Part shown: one piece after another, positions 34,876 through 44,907 of the stretch
Layout: the number at the start of each line of letters is the position of its first letter
Position numbering within the stretch: the first letter of the stretch is position 1
NCBI GenBank assembly: GCA_019244185.1
Contig: JAFATB010000023.1
Location: 192,001-256,000, forward strand
From: Acidobacteriota bacterium
GTDB lineage: Bacteria; Acidobacteriota; Thermoanaerobaculia; Gp7-AA8
Direction of reading: 5' to 3'
Length of the DNA stretch: 64,000 nt
Made by a program: the position numbers and the translations under genes
Notes under the pieces: generated by a model
Seen by the model: the letters and a program-made list of their open reading frames with translations, nothing else
Told to the model about the DNA's origin: nothing
Databases searched by the model: none

Positions 34876-37356
34876 ATGCGCGAGAACGTTCGTCGACCCG
34901 GTCGTTCGCCTTCCGTAAGGACGGTGCGAGCTTTTCTGGTATGCGTCGCGATCACGTCGTTTGCGGCGATTGCCATCGGTCAGGTCTGCGGCCCGATTCG
35001 GCCGCCCATCACCGCTCCGCCGCCGTCACCGGTTGGCGTATCCGTCGACTACACCGTCGCCTGCATCCCGCCGCCACAAGGACAGTCGTCGACGCTCAGC
35101 AACTGCACGTTCACACCCGTGCTGCCGGAGGAGTCGCGCGCCTATCTGCAGCAATACGAGTGGACGATGGGCATCCTTCCGGCCGACAACTTCAAGCCGG
35201 TATTCTTCACCGTGCAGCCGTATACGTTCCAGTATCCGAACGCCACCGCCACCTATCACACCGCGATCAAAGCCACGTTTTCCACCGGCGAAACGCGCAT
35301 TGTGACCAAGGACGTGACGGTGACGGAGGTGCTAGACCCGCCGTTTTTCGCGTCCAACTCCAATACGTTCTTTCCGAGCGGGAGCGTCACGGGGCTCTGT
35401 ACTGAGTTTGCCACCACGTACGGCGGTCCGCTTGGAGTCCAGGAGTACCGGTACGCGTGGGATTTCGGCGACGGCACGACCTGGCCGTACGGGCCGGTCA
35501 AGACCATCTATCACACGTTTCAGAATCCCGGCATCTACAACGTCACCCTGAAAGTGGTCTCCATCGACAGCGGCCAGGAAGTGACGTACTCGCAATCCAT
35601 CGTTGCGAGGAATGCCGCCCCGTTACCGGTGGTCAATGTCCGCCGCGATGCTCAGGACTCCGCATTGTGGACGTTCGACGCATCCGGCTCGCGCGATGAC
35701 CCGAACCCCGGAAGCGTGACCACCGGACCCACCTGTGGGTACAACACGAACAACGGCATCGTTTCGTACGAATGGGATTTCGGCGACGATCATGTCGGCC
35801 GCGGCTCGAGCGTCGCGCATCGATTCGCGCACGGCGGCACCTATCCGGTGAGCCTGCGGCTCACCGACCGTAATGGACTGACGGCGGCGACCACCGTCAC
35901 CGTGACGGTTCCCAATCAGCCGCCCGTCGCCGCGTTTTCCTTCGACTGTACCCCCGGCACGACCTGCACGTTCGACGCGAGCGCGTCCAGTGACGACGGC
36001 GGCGTGGCATCGTATCTCTGGACGTTCCCTGACGGCACGCAGAGCACGGCGTCGCCCACGCTGCGCAAGACATTTACCGCGCCCGGCGCGTACAACGTGC
36101 AACTGGCGGTCTCGGACGGCTCGCTGACGTCTCCCGTCATTGCGAGAACCGTTCGCGTCGTGGCCGGCGGTCCGCCGCCGCCGTCCGTCTACTACGCCCT
36201 TCCTCCGTGCCGTCTGTACGACTCCGGCAGCGACAGCCCATTGAAGCCGTCGGAGACGCGCACGATCACCGTTGCTCCGAATCTTCGCTGCGGCATTCCG
36301 GGCAATGCCGTCGCCGTGGCCGCGACGGCCACGGTGATCAATCCGAGCGCGGATGGCTCGCTCAGTTACACGTCCCGCGCGAACGGCGTGCAGTCGTCGC
36401 TGAATTTCAACGCCGCCCGAGGGTCGCGCGCGAACGGAGGGATTTACCCGCTCGACGCCGGGAACCTGTCCGTCCTCAATGACTCCGGCGGAACGGCCGG
36501 ACTCACGCTGGACGTCAACGGCTATTTCGCGGCGGTCACCAAATCGACGAGCGCGCAGGCAAATGCCATGACGTTCGTGCCATCTCTCGACGGTTGTTCA
36601 CTGTTCGACGCGCGGACTACACCGGAATTGCGGCTCACCGGTACCGCGACCGCGCGCCTGCAATTGCGCGGGACCTGCGGACTGCCGCGCGACGCGGCCG
36701 CGCTTTTCGTGAATTTCGGCGTCGTCCGTGCCTCGGCCGACCCTCCCGGAATGGCCGGCCTCGCCGCGCACGGTGGAGCGGCGCTGTTCGCGCCGGAGGC
36801 GGGCAGCGCATTCACCTCGGCACGGCCGCCGACGTGGACGACCGCGGTGAACTCTCCGTTCGTCCCCGTCAGAACCAGCAGCGTCGTCGAGCTCGGCGAG
36901 CCGGGCGGTCCCGACGCATGGATGGAGTTCTACGGCGGCGAAGGCTGGATCGATCCGGCCGCCGACCTCGAGGGATATTTCACGGCGTCGACGACGGCCG
37001 GCGGACTTCGCTATTACCCGCTGACGCCGTGCCGCGCCGGCGCGGTCGCATTACAGCCGTCCGCCGCGCGGACGCTGCAGGTTCAGGGAAATTGCGGCGT
37101 ACCGCGCGGCGCGCGGGCGGTCGCGGTCAACGTCATCGCCGCGAACCTGCAGTCCGCATCCGGCGGCAATGTCTGGATCGCCGCCGCCGGACGTGATTTC
37201 CCGTCAGGACCGGCCGTGGCCTATCAGCCCGGCGAGTTCGCAGTTGCGAACGGCGCAATCGTGCCGCTCGCCTCCGGCCAGTCGGATGACCTTGCAGTCG
37301 TTTCCGACGGCAATCCCGCTGTGATCGTCGACGTGTACGGGTACTTCGCACCGTAA
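34876..37356 (+). CDS. Secreted PKD-domain protein with three C-terminal PCR/CGxP/DVxGYF repeats
   Basis: Signal peptide; PKD motifs WDFGDG, WDFGDD and WTFPDG; repeats YYALPPCRLYD..CGIP..LDVNGYF, CSLFD..CGLP..DLEGYF and YYPLTPCR..CGVP..VDVYGYF. Confidence 0.85.
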   Translation: MRENVRRPGRSPSVRTVRAFLVCVAITSFAAIAIGQVCGPIRPPITAPPPSPVGVSVDYTVACIPPPQGQSSTLSNCTFTPVLPEESRAYLQQYEWTMGILPADNFKPVFFTVQPYTFQYPNATATYHTAIKATFSTGETRIVTKDVTVTEVLDPPFFASNSNTFFPSGSVTGLCTEFATTYGGPLGVQEYRYAWDFGDGTTWPYGPVKTIYHTFQNPGIYNVTLKVVSIDSGQEVTYSQSIVARNAAPLPVVNVRRDAQDSALWTFDASGSRDDPNPGSVTTGPTCGYNTNNGIVSYEWDFGDDHVGRGSSVAHRFAHGGTYPVSLRLTDRNGLTAATTVTVTVPNQPPVAAFSFDCTPGTTCTFDASASSDDGGVASYLWTFPDGTQSTASPTLRKTFTAPGAYNVQLAVSDGSLTSPVIARTVRVVAGGPPPPSVYYALPPCRLYDSGSDSPLKPSETRTITVAPNLRCGIPGNAVAVAATATVINPSADGSLSYTSRANGVQSSLNFNAARGSRANGGIYPLDAGNLSVLNDSGGTAGLTLDVNGYFAAVTKSTSAQANAMTFVPSLDGCSLFDARTTPELRLTGTATARLQLRGTCGLPRDAAALFVNFGVVRASADPPGMAGLAAHGGAALFAPEAGSAFTSARPPTWTTAVNSPFVPVRTSSVVELGEPGGPDAWMEFYGGEGWIDPAADLEGYFTASTTAGGLRYYPLTPCRAGAVALQPSAARTLQVQGNCGVPRGARAVAVNVIAANLQSASGGNVWIAAAGRDFPSGPAVAYQPGEFAVANGAIVPLASGQSDDLAVVSDGNPAVIVDVYGYFAP

Positions 37357-37375
37357 GGGTGCACGAGGAAGCGTT

Positions 37376-40300
37376 ATGAAGAGACTACTGTGGGTGATTT
37401 GTGTCCTCGTGTTGGTTCCGGTGGTGGCGCGTGCGAACGACGACCCGGCCACTGCGCGCGGGTTCAAGGCGAACGCCGTGTACGACTCGCACGACATTGA
37501 CTCCGTCAATGCGATGAACGGCACGCTGTCGGTCCATGTGCCGATCGGCGGCCGGTATCCCAGCAACGGAACGCTTTCGTATCAATTCATGCTGTCGTAC
37601 AGCTCGAATTTGTGGGACTGGCGCAGCCACTCGGGAGTGGAACTGGTGAGCCTCGCACAATTCGGCGACGTGTTCGGCGGTGGAGTGGACAATCCGCCGG
37701 CGCCGTCGACCGACGGCCTGGAGAGCTTTCCGGCCCGCGCGTTCAATGCCGGTATCGGCTGGATGGTGTCGCTTGGTGAAGTGCGGGAAACGGTCGGCTC
37801 GCTGAATTATCAGTACGAGTACATCAGCGAAGACGGCGCCGGGCATCCCTTCTATGCGACGCTGCACGGCGACAGCCCATTGCCGGCGCCGGCCGGCACG
37901 GACGTGTTCTATACGCACGATTCGACCTACATCCGCATGCTGGTTCTGGCTCGCGACGCGCAGCGGCGGCCGATCTCGTTCGAGGTGCAGCTGCCGGACG
38001 GCATCCATAAGCGATTCGTCCGCTACGCCTGGCCGGGCGACTCGGAACTGGATCACCGGTTCCTGCTGACGTCGATCGCCGACCCGTTCGGAAACGTTTT
38101 GTACGTGGAGCGAAGCACGCCTCCCGGCACGCCGGCATTGACGCGGCCGCCGGTCGGCTCGACCTGGGTGTGGACGTACAAACAAGCCACGCTCGCGAAC
38201 GCCGACCGTTATGCAAATCCCGATACGGATTCACTGTCGCCATTCCGCACGCACGTGCTGACGTATGCCATCCCGCACTGGTACGAATTGCAATTGAGCA
38301 GCGTGCAGCTGGCCACGGCGGGCGGGCCGGCGACGTACCAGTTCACGTACGATCCGGCCAGCGTGCTGCGCGCCATGAACTCGAACTGGGGAGATCCCGG
38401 CACACAATACGTGCCGTTCGACAGTCAGGGCGGAGTAGCGACTTCGCTTCTGCGACAGATCGACCTGCCGGGAAATGGCGGCTCGTGGGCCTTTCGGTAT
38501 TACGAACGCGTCTGCCGCAGCGGCTCCGGGCCGTGTTATCAGGCGGACGCGTATCCCTATCGCTGGAGCTCGACGTTCACGTACTCGATGAGCAACCGCT
38601 CGGGGAGACTGGCCGAAGTCGACCTGCCGACCGGCGGCGCCGTCAGCTATGAATACGATCGTACCGCCATTCCGACGCGCGGCTGCAATAGCCAGCAGCA
38701 GGCGCGGGAAGGTTTGGGCGTGTCCACTGTCGGCGTTTCGCAGCGCACGGTATGGAAGCACAAACCGAATGGTTCTCCGTCGGATGCGACGAACATCGAC
38801 GGGGAATGGCGCTACGTTCGCACGCCCGGCGCGTGGGTTGCGCTCGATGGCTCGGCATGTAAGTGGCCGAAGGAATTCCTCGCCGCGACGATCGATCCGC
38901 AGGGTACCGTCGCGCTGTCCTTTTTCTCGACCTACATCTCCGATCCGGTGAATCCTGCCGGAGGTTGGACGAACCCGCGCGGATGGGACGTCCGCGAATG
39001 GGGCCTGCCGTTCTCCAGATACGAGTCGGACAACGCCGGCGCCTTTGTCTCGCAGCAGACGTTTGCGTGCGGAACGGCTTTTCCGGAAACGCTCAGTGCG
39101 TCAGACCTGCGTGACGGCGTCCGTAATCTGCTCCCACGATACGCGTCGACGACGACGTGCGGCGCGCCGGTCCGTTCGTATTTCGTCCGCTACGACCTCT
39201 CCAGCGGCTTCGATTGCAGCGCGAACGACAGCGACATCGTCCGCTGCACGCAGCCCAACAGCCGCGCGTACACCACTGTGACTCGCTATGACGACGACGG
39301 CAGTCCGTCAGCGCGGCCGATGTCCATCACCGTCTCGGACGTCTCGTCGTTCGACGGCTTTGGCCACTATCGCTCGACGTTCCAGACCAGTACGAACTTT
39401 CATTTCGCATCGCCGCGGACCGAGATTACGAACTGGAACCCGCGCGGCGACTCTCCGAATTGGATCCTCAATGTCTACGACAAGACGGTGCAGACGGAGG
39501 CGATCGAGGGATCGCCGCAGAATCCGAAAATCGAAATCCGCAAAACAGCGTACACGTTCGACGAAACGACCGGGTGGCTCAAACAGAAGCACGTATTCGC
39601 CACGAACCGCTTTCCGGCATCCAGCCACGTGTCGCCGAGCGACGATCCGGTAGCCGAGTCGATCAACGATGTCGTCGAGACTTACGACCGTTGCCGCGGA
39701 GCCGCCGCGCCGTGCTCGCCTGCGGCGAACGCCGCCAGCGTGGTCATCCGCGAACAGTCGAGCGGCGGCGACGGCAGCCGCAGCACCACGGCGGGCGCCG
39801 AGTTTCAGCGGTTCCGGCAGCTTCAATACGGCGGCCAGGCGGCATTGCGGTACGAGAACAACGGCTCGTCGCTCGTCGTCGAGACGAATACCGTCGATCC
39901 CGCGTCCGGAGCCGTTCTGGCGTCGACCGACACCGCCGGACTGACGACGCGCTATTCCTACGACGCGCTCGGCCGCATCACCGGCATCAGTTACGACAAC
40001 GGCGCGAACACGAGCGTCGCCGCCGGAGCGGCGACGACCATCAACTATTACCCACCCGACGACACGATCAGCGCGCGGGTGACCGTCGACCGCGGCAGCT
40101 TCGAGTCCTCTGAATATCGTTACGATCACCTCGGCCGTCTCAATGACGAACGTCATCAGATTCCACAGGCGGCGGCCGGCGATCCGCAGTTCTCGCAGAA
40201 AACCCGCCAGTACGATCCGCTCGGCCGCACGACGTTCGAATCGACGGTCGCCGCGCTAGGCGATACGCCCTCTGGAACGCAATACGACTACACGGACGCC

Positions 40301-42787
40301 ACCACCCATCGCGTCGATCCGTTCGGCCGTCCGCACCGCATGACCCTTCCCGACCACAAGACGATCGACTTGACGTACAACGGCGTACAGGTGGTGAAGC
40401 GCCTGGTGAGGATCGCGAGCGGAGATCGCACTCTGACGGACGCCGCGAGTTGGACCCACTATGACGCGCTCGGACGGCTCAGGAGAACCGAGGAGTACGA
40501 CGCGCCAGGATCCTTGAATACCACGCCGACGGATTACACGTACGATGCAGGCGGGGAATTGGCGGTGGTGGACATGGCCGGCCAGAAGCGGCGATTCGAT
40601 CGGGATGGCCGCGGCCTCGTCACCAGCGAGACGATGCCGGAGCTCGATCACTCGGTCGGCTACCGGTACGACTCGATGGGCCACCCACTCGAGAAGAATT
40701 ACGGCGGCACCGACTTCGACCTGGCGTTCACTTACGACGTCGCTGGGCGTCCGCTCACCGTTTACCAGCTCTCCAGCGGCAATCCGCTGAAGGCGTTCGA
40801 CTACTACGCGACGAACAACGCCTGTGGAGAAAACGCCGGTTTCGCCAATGGCAAGCTGTACTCGGCGACGCGCTACAACTACATTCGCGATCCTCATGCA
40901 TGGTCGAGCTACTTGCCGTCGCTCAATGTGACCGAGGTGTACAAGTACAACGGCACGAACGGCGCACGTTCCGACGTCGAGACGAGACTGGGCAGGGGCG
41001 AGGTACTGCGCACTTCGTTTGGCTATGACGCGGCGGGAGAACTGACCAGCATTCAGTATCCGAAGTGCGTTGCCGGCTGTACGGCCGTGAACGCGCGGTC
41101 CGTGACGATGGCGTACGATCATGGACGCCTCACCAGCGTCAACGGCTTTGCGTCGCTCCGCTACTTCCCGAACGGCATGATGAGCCGCGTGATCCACGCG
41201 AACGGCGTCCACGACGTCGAAGAGATCGCCAACGGTATGCCGCGGCCGGCGGCGCTGTATACCGAAAACGTGGCCGGCGGCGCGAACTGGAACGCGCCGG
41301 ACGCGCTCAATCAACGCATGAATTACTCGTACGACGGCGCGGGCAACATCGCCGGCATCCAACGCCCGTCGGGCGTGGGGGATTGGTACGCCTACGATCG
41401 CGTTGGACGCCTGATCAAAGCGAACATCGCCGGCGATACGCCGTCCGCGGGTGGTGGCATTACGCAGGATTTTGCATACGACACGTGGGGCAATCTGTTG
41501 TCCACGACGACGAGCGGCGACCCTGCGCCCTCCGCGGCCGCGGTGAATTCCGCGACGAATCGACTCGCCAACGGAACGTATGACGCCATGGGGAATCTGA
41601 CCAGCTTTCAGGTGCTCCGCTACGAATACGATGCGCTCGGCGACCTGACGTTCCTGCGCAGCGTGACCGACACGACTCCGGTCGGCAAGATCTTCGTGTA
41701 CGGCCCCTCCGACGACCGCATCGGCGTGTGGAACTTCCGCACGTCCGACAACACCGTGCGCGAGCTCTGGAGCTTGCGCGGAAACGGTGGCGAAGTCCTC
41801 CGCGATTTCGAAAAGGCCGGCGACGGCGCCTGGACCTGGAGCAAAGACACCGTCTATCGCGGACCAGCGCAGCTCGCAACGATCTCCGCCGCCGCCGACG
41901 GCACCGTCACCCACCACCTCACCATCGATCACCTCGGATCCCCACGCATCGTCACCGACGCCAGCGGCCACCGCGTCGGCACCCACATCCTGTCGCCCTT
42001 CGGCCGCGAGCTCACCACGCCCTCGGACGGCGAACGCCTCCTCTTCACCGGCCACGAGCGCGACGAAAACGATCCGCGCCCGGGAACGCAGCTGGCGGAC
42101 ATGGATTACATGCACGCGCGCTATTACGCGCCCGTGCTGGGGCGGTTTTTGTCGGTGGATCCGGTACTCGATCAGCAGTTCGCCGCGAAGAATCCGCAGG
42201 CGTGGAGCCGCTACTCATACGTCCGCAACAACCCGTTCAATAAGACCGATCTGACTGGAAAATGTGAGGATCCTGGGGGAGCGGGCACGCGACTGTGCAT
42301 CGCAACATTCATCCCGCAGAAAACGTTTGGAGGCTTCAAGGGGGACAATCGAGGACCGAACCCGACTGGCGGAACGTTCAGGACACAGCAGACGATCAAC
42401 GTCACGAAGCCCAGTCTCAGGGGCGTGATTAAAGAGAAGTTCACACCGGGAGTTTCTGTCTTCGGTAGCAAAGCGCGCCAGGCCGAGGTTGCCGGGCAGG
42501 AGGTCTCGCCGAGTTCGAAAGGTATCGTTGCGAAAGCCCAAGCGAGCGACGGGTTGTTGTATGGAGTGGCTCCGAATCTAGAATACGATCTCACTTTTGA
42601 GCCGACGGGAGACGGGGGCCTGAAGGTGACGGGAACGCACACGGCATTTCCTTCGCTGGAAGTGTGGAGATATGAAGATGGCAAAGTGCCGCAACTGCTA
42701 TATCACTACGATGCGTCCGGCAAGGGATTTATGGGTGGCTTAATAGGTATCAACCAGACAATTGAGGTGCCTGAAGATGAGCCGTAG
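37376..42787 (+). CDS. RHS/YD-repeat polymorphic toxin with Sec signal peptide and C-terminal toxin tip
   Basis: Signal peptide; YDALGR-type repeats; RHS core DHLGSPR, FTGHERD, YMHARYY, GRFLSVDP and YSYVRNNPFNKTDLTG; followed by a ~175-aa variable tip. Confidence 0.93.
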   Translation: MKRLLWVICVLVLVPVVARANDDPATARGFKANAVYDSHDIDSVNAMNGTLSVHVPIGGRYPSNGTLSYQFMLSYSSNLWDWRSHSGVELVSLAQFGDVFGGGVDNPPAPSTDGLESFPARAFNAGIGWMVSLGEVRETVGSLNYQYEYISEDGAGHPFYATLHGDSPLPAPAGTDVFYTHDSTYIRMLVLARDAQRRPISFEVQLPDGIHKRFVRYAWPGDSELDHRFLLTSIADPFGNVLYVERSTPPGTPALTRPPVGSTWVWTYKQATLANADRYANPDTDSLSPFRTHVLTYAIPHWYELQLSSVQLATAGGPATYQFTYDPASVLRAMNSNWGDPGTQYVPFDSQGGVATSLLRQIDLPGNGGSWAFRYYERVCRSGSGPCYQADAYPYRWSSTFTYSMSNRSGRLAEVDLPTGGAVSYEYDRTAIPTRGCNSQQQAREGLGVSTVGVSQRTVWKHKPNGSPSDATNIDGEWRYVRTPGAWVALDGSACKWPKEFLAATIDPQGTVALSFFSTYISDPVNPAGGWTNPRGWDVREWGLPFSRYESDNAGAFVSQQTFACGTAFPETLSASDLRDGVRNLLPRYASTTTCGAPVRSYFVRYDLSSGFDCSANDSDIVRCTQPNSRAYTTVTRYDDDGSPSARPMSITVSDVSSFDGFGHYRSTFQTSTNFHFASPRTEITNWNPRGDSPNWILNVYDKTVQTEAIEGSPQNPKIEIRKTAYTFDETTGWLKQKHVFATNRFPASSHVSPSDDPVAESINDVVETYDRCRGAAAPCSPAANAASVVIREQSSGGDGSRSTTAGAEFQRFRQLQYGGQAALRYENNGSSLVVETNTVDPASGAVLASTDTAGLTTRYSYDALGRITGISYDNGANTSVAAGAATTINYYPPDDTISARVTVDRGSFESSEYRYDHLGRLNDERHQIPQAAAGDPQFSQKTRQYDPLGRTTFESTVAALGDTPSGTQYDYTDATTHRVDPFGRPHRMTLPDHKTIDLTYNGVQVVKRLVRIASGDRTLTDAASWTHYDALGRLRRTEEYDAPGSLNTTPTDYTYDAGGELAVVDMAGQKRRFDRDGRGLVTSETMPELDHSVGYRYDSMGHPLEKNYGGTDFDLAFTYDVAGRPLTVYQLSSGNPLKAFDYYATNNACGENAGFANGKLYSATRYNYIRDPHAWSSYLPSLNVTEVYKYNGTNGARSDVETRLGRGEVLRTSFGYDAAGELTSIQYPKCVAGCTAVNARSVTMAYDHGRLTSVNGFASLRYFPNGMMSRVIHANGVHDVEEIANGMPRPAALYTENVAGGANWNAPDALNQRMNYSYDGAGNIAGIQRPSGVGDWYAYDRVGRLIKANIAGDTPSAGGGITQDFAYDTWGNLLSTTTSGDPAPSAAAVNSATNRLANGTYDAMGNLTSFQVLRYEYDALGDLTFLRSVTDTTPVGKIFVYGPSDDRIGVWNFRTSDNTVRELWSLRGNGGEVLRDFEKAGDGAWTWSKDTVYRGPAQLATISAAADGTVTHHLTIDHLGSPRIVTDASGHRVGTHILSPFGRELTTPSDGERLLFTGHERDENDPRPGTQLADMDYMHARYYAPVLGRFLSVDPVLDQQFAAKNPQAWSRYSYVRNNPFNKTDLTGKCEDPGGAGTRLCIATFIPQKTFGGFKGDNRGPNPTGGTFRTQQTINVTKPSLRGVIKEKFTPGVSVFGSKARQAEVAGQEVSPSSKGIVAKAQASDGLLYGVAPNLEYDLTFEPTGDGGLKVTGTHTAFPSLEVWRYEDGKVPQLLYHYDASGKGFMGGLIGINQTIEVPEDEP

Positions 42788-43184
42788 GCGCGCTATGGTG
42801 CTCATCGCGCTACTGACGCTTCTCGGCTGTCGTGATAGCGTCAGAATCTATGAAATCCCCAACGGCTACGAAGGGTGGGTGCTGGTCACCTACGATTCGC
42901 GATGTGTTACGAGTACGACGAGCAAGAACGGCACTGAGATATCGGTGAAGAACAATGGCACGGCGTGCGCGACCGAGAAACCTGCGCCGAAATCGTTCTA
43001 CCGCCGATTTTACTACGTTAATGCGAACGGTCAACGAGTTCGCGAACTTCGCGCGACCGGATGGGGGCGGGGAGGCGAAATTTGGAATGAGTCTTCTACT
43101 GTCGACGGCGGCGAGTATCGATTCTTCGTTGGGCGTGAGGACGTGTTCAAGCGATCATATGAGTCGGCGACGATGCAAAAGTAA
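42777..43184 (+). CDS. Probable immunity lipoprotein (DUF6843-like)
   Basis: Lipobox LLGC and YEIPNGYEGWVLVTY. Overlaps the RHS 3' end and shares the lower GC of the toxin tip. Confidence 0.75.
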   Translation: MSRRRAMVLIALLTLLGCRDSVRIYEIPNGYEGWVLVTYDSRCVTSTTSKNGTEISVKNNGTACATEKPAPKSFYRRFYYVNANGQRVRELRATGWGRGGEIWNESSTVDGGEYRFFVGREDVFKRSYESATMQK

Positions 43185-43450
43185 CTGCGGCCGGATACAG
43201 GCTGCCGTCTACACGAGTGACAGCGTCGGAATCCGCGCGGCATGGCAAGTACGGAGATGCGTTAACCCTGGCTTGCTGTTCCTTTTCACGGTCGTGGTGC
43301 TGACTGGGGCTGCGGTCTAAGCCCTTCATTGCTGAGGCCACCAGCGGCGACGCTGATCGCGTGAAAGTTCAATCCGGCGACACCATGGTTCAGCGGTGAA
43401 AATTGCGGGCTACGAAGAATGTGCGCGAACGTCGAAATGAGCCATCGCCC

Positions 43451-44182
43451 ATGATCCGAACCGCCATCATCGACGACGAACCGATCGCGCGCGACCGGCT
43501 GCGCCGGCTGCTGCACGCGCATCGGGATGTCGACGTGGTTGCCGAATTCGAGGGTGCGGCGGAGACCGTTGAGCGGTGGCACGAACACGATGCCGCGATG
43601 GTGTTTGTCGACATCCGGCTCGGAGAGGACTGGGGCTTCGACGTGATCCGGCGCGTGAACGCGGCGGGCGCGTTCACGCCGGCGATCATTGTGGCCACCG
43701 CGCATCGGGAGCATGGGCAGGAAGCGTTCGAAGTCGGGGCGATCGACTATCTGGTGAAGCCGTTCGATTCCGCGCGTCTCAGTATTGCCATGAGTCGCGC
43801 CCGGCGCTGGCTCGCGGAACAATTCACCGGCGCCGGGCGTGACGAACCGCTCCCCGCGCGGATCGCGGTGCGGCAGCGGAATCGGATGCGCGTCATTCAC
43901 ATCAGCGAGATCGACTGGCTGGAATCGGCCGATAATTACCTGGAACTGCATGTCGGCGGCGAGACGCTGCTGTACAGGGCCACCATCGCGCAGTTTGCCG
44001 AGGGGTATGCGGACCACTTTGTCCGTGTCAGCCGCTCCACGCTTGTCAATCTCGACCGCATCAGCGTGGTCCTGCCGACGGCCGACGGAGATTGCGAGGT
44101 TCTGCTGCACGACGGTACGACGCTGGCGCTGCGCGCGCCGTATCGCGCGAACCTGCGGGCACGGATTCCCGGTTTTTACTGA
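43451..44182 (+). CDS. LytTR family response regulator
   Basis: REC domain (IDDEPIAR, FVDIRL, ATAH, DYLVKPF) plus LytTR domain (IDWLESADNY, FVRVSRSTLVN). Confidence 0.93.
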   Translation: MIRTAIIDDEPIARDRLRRLLHAHRDVDVVAEFEGAAETVERWHEHDAAMVFVDIRLGEDWGFDVIRRVNAAGAFTPAIIVATAHREHGQEAFEVGAIDYLVKPFDSARLSIAMSRARRWLAEQFTGAGRDEPLPARIAVRQRNRMRVIHISEIDWLESADNYLELHVGGETLLYRATIAQFAEGYADHFVRVSRSTLVNLDRISVVLPTADGDCEVLLHDGTTLALRAPYRANLRARIPGFY

Positions 44183-44847
44183 GCCAGCAGGTCCGCCAGC
44201 CCCGCCAGATCGCGCAACTCGTACGTGGGCGTTCCGCCCGGGAGGGCGGGACGCGCGTGGCGGTTGATCCACGCCGTCGGGATGCCGAGGGCGTTGGCGG
44301 GGACGATGTCGTGCACGTTGCTCTGCGCGGCGTGCAGCCAGCGCTGGTCGCCGATGTGCTGCTGGCGCGCCGTCAGAAAGTGCGCGTAGCCGGGCTTGTA
44401 CGAGCGGACCTGCTGCGCGGTGACGATGATGTCGAAGTCGACGGTAAAGTGCCGACGCGTGGCGGCGAGCAGCACGTCGTCGATGTTCGACAGGATTCCG
44501 AGCTTGTAGCCGGCGTCGCGCAGGCGTTCGAGCGCGGCATTGGTGTCGGGGAACGCGCACCATTCCGGCAGCGAGCTGGCGAGGAAAGTGGCGCGTTCGT
44601 ACGCGAGCGGCCAGCCGAGTGCACGCGCGACGCGCGTCGCGGTTTCCGTCAGCACGTCGACATACGGCCGGTACTGCTCGTGTTCGACGACCTCCTCGGT
44701 CTCCGCATACGCGCGCAGCACTTCGTCTCGGTCGAGCGTCACGCCGTCCTCGGATGCCGCGCGCACGAACGCGTCGCCGATGCCGGTCTCCCAGTCGATC
44801 AGCGTGCCGTAGCAGTCGAAGGTGACGACGTCGTATTGCCGAGGCAT
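44176..44847 (-). CDS. HAD hydrolase (haloacid dehalogenase type II-like)
   Basis: Motifs TFDCYGTLIDWE, LSNID, SYKP and HAAQS..HD. Confidence 0.9.
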   Translation of the reverse strand: MPRQYDVVTFDCYGTLIDWETGIGDAFVRAASEDGVTLDRDEVLRAYAETEEVVEHEQYRPYVDVLTETATRVARALGWPLAYERATFLASSLPEWCAFPDTNAALERLRDAGYKLGILSNIDDVLLAATRRHFTVDFDIIVTAQQVRSYKPGYAHFLTARQQHIGDQRWLHAAQSNVHDIVPANALGIPTAWINRHARPALPGGTPTYELRDLAGLADLLAQ

Positions 44848-44907
44848 GGCGTGAGGGATATCACAAAACCGGCGGCGGACCGCGGTGTTAAGCTGGCGCG
44901 GGGTCAC

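Noticed and set aside
43185-43365. Possible second immunity-lipoprotein remnant (LLFLFTVVVLTG, then GC after a 1-nt shift)
   Set aside because: Too short, no proper start and no further similarity visible; cannot be supported.
33520-44190. Direct repeats or att sites bounding the RHS block
   Set aside because: None visible at either junction and no mobility gene. Island status rests only on composition and gene content.
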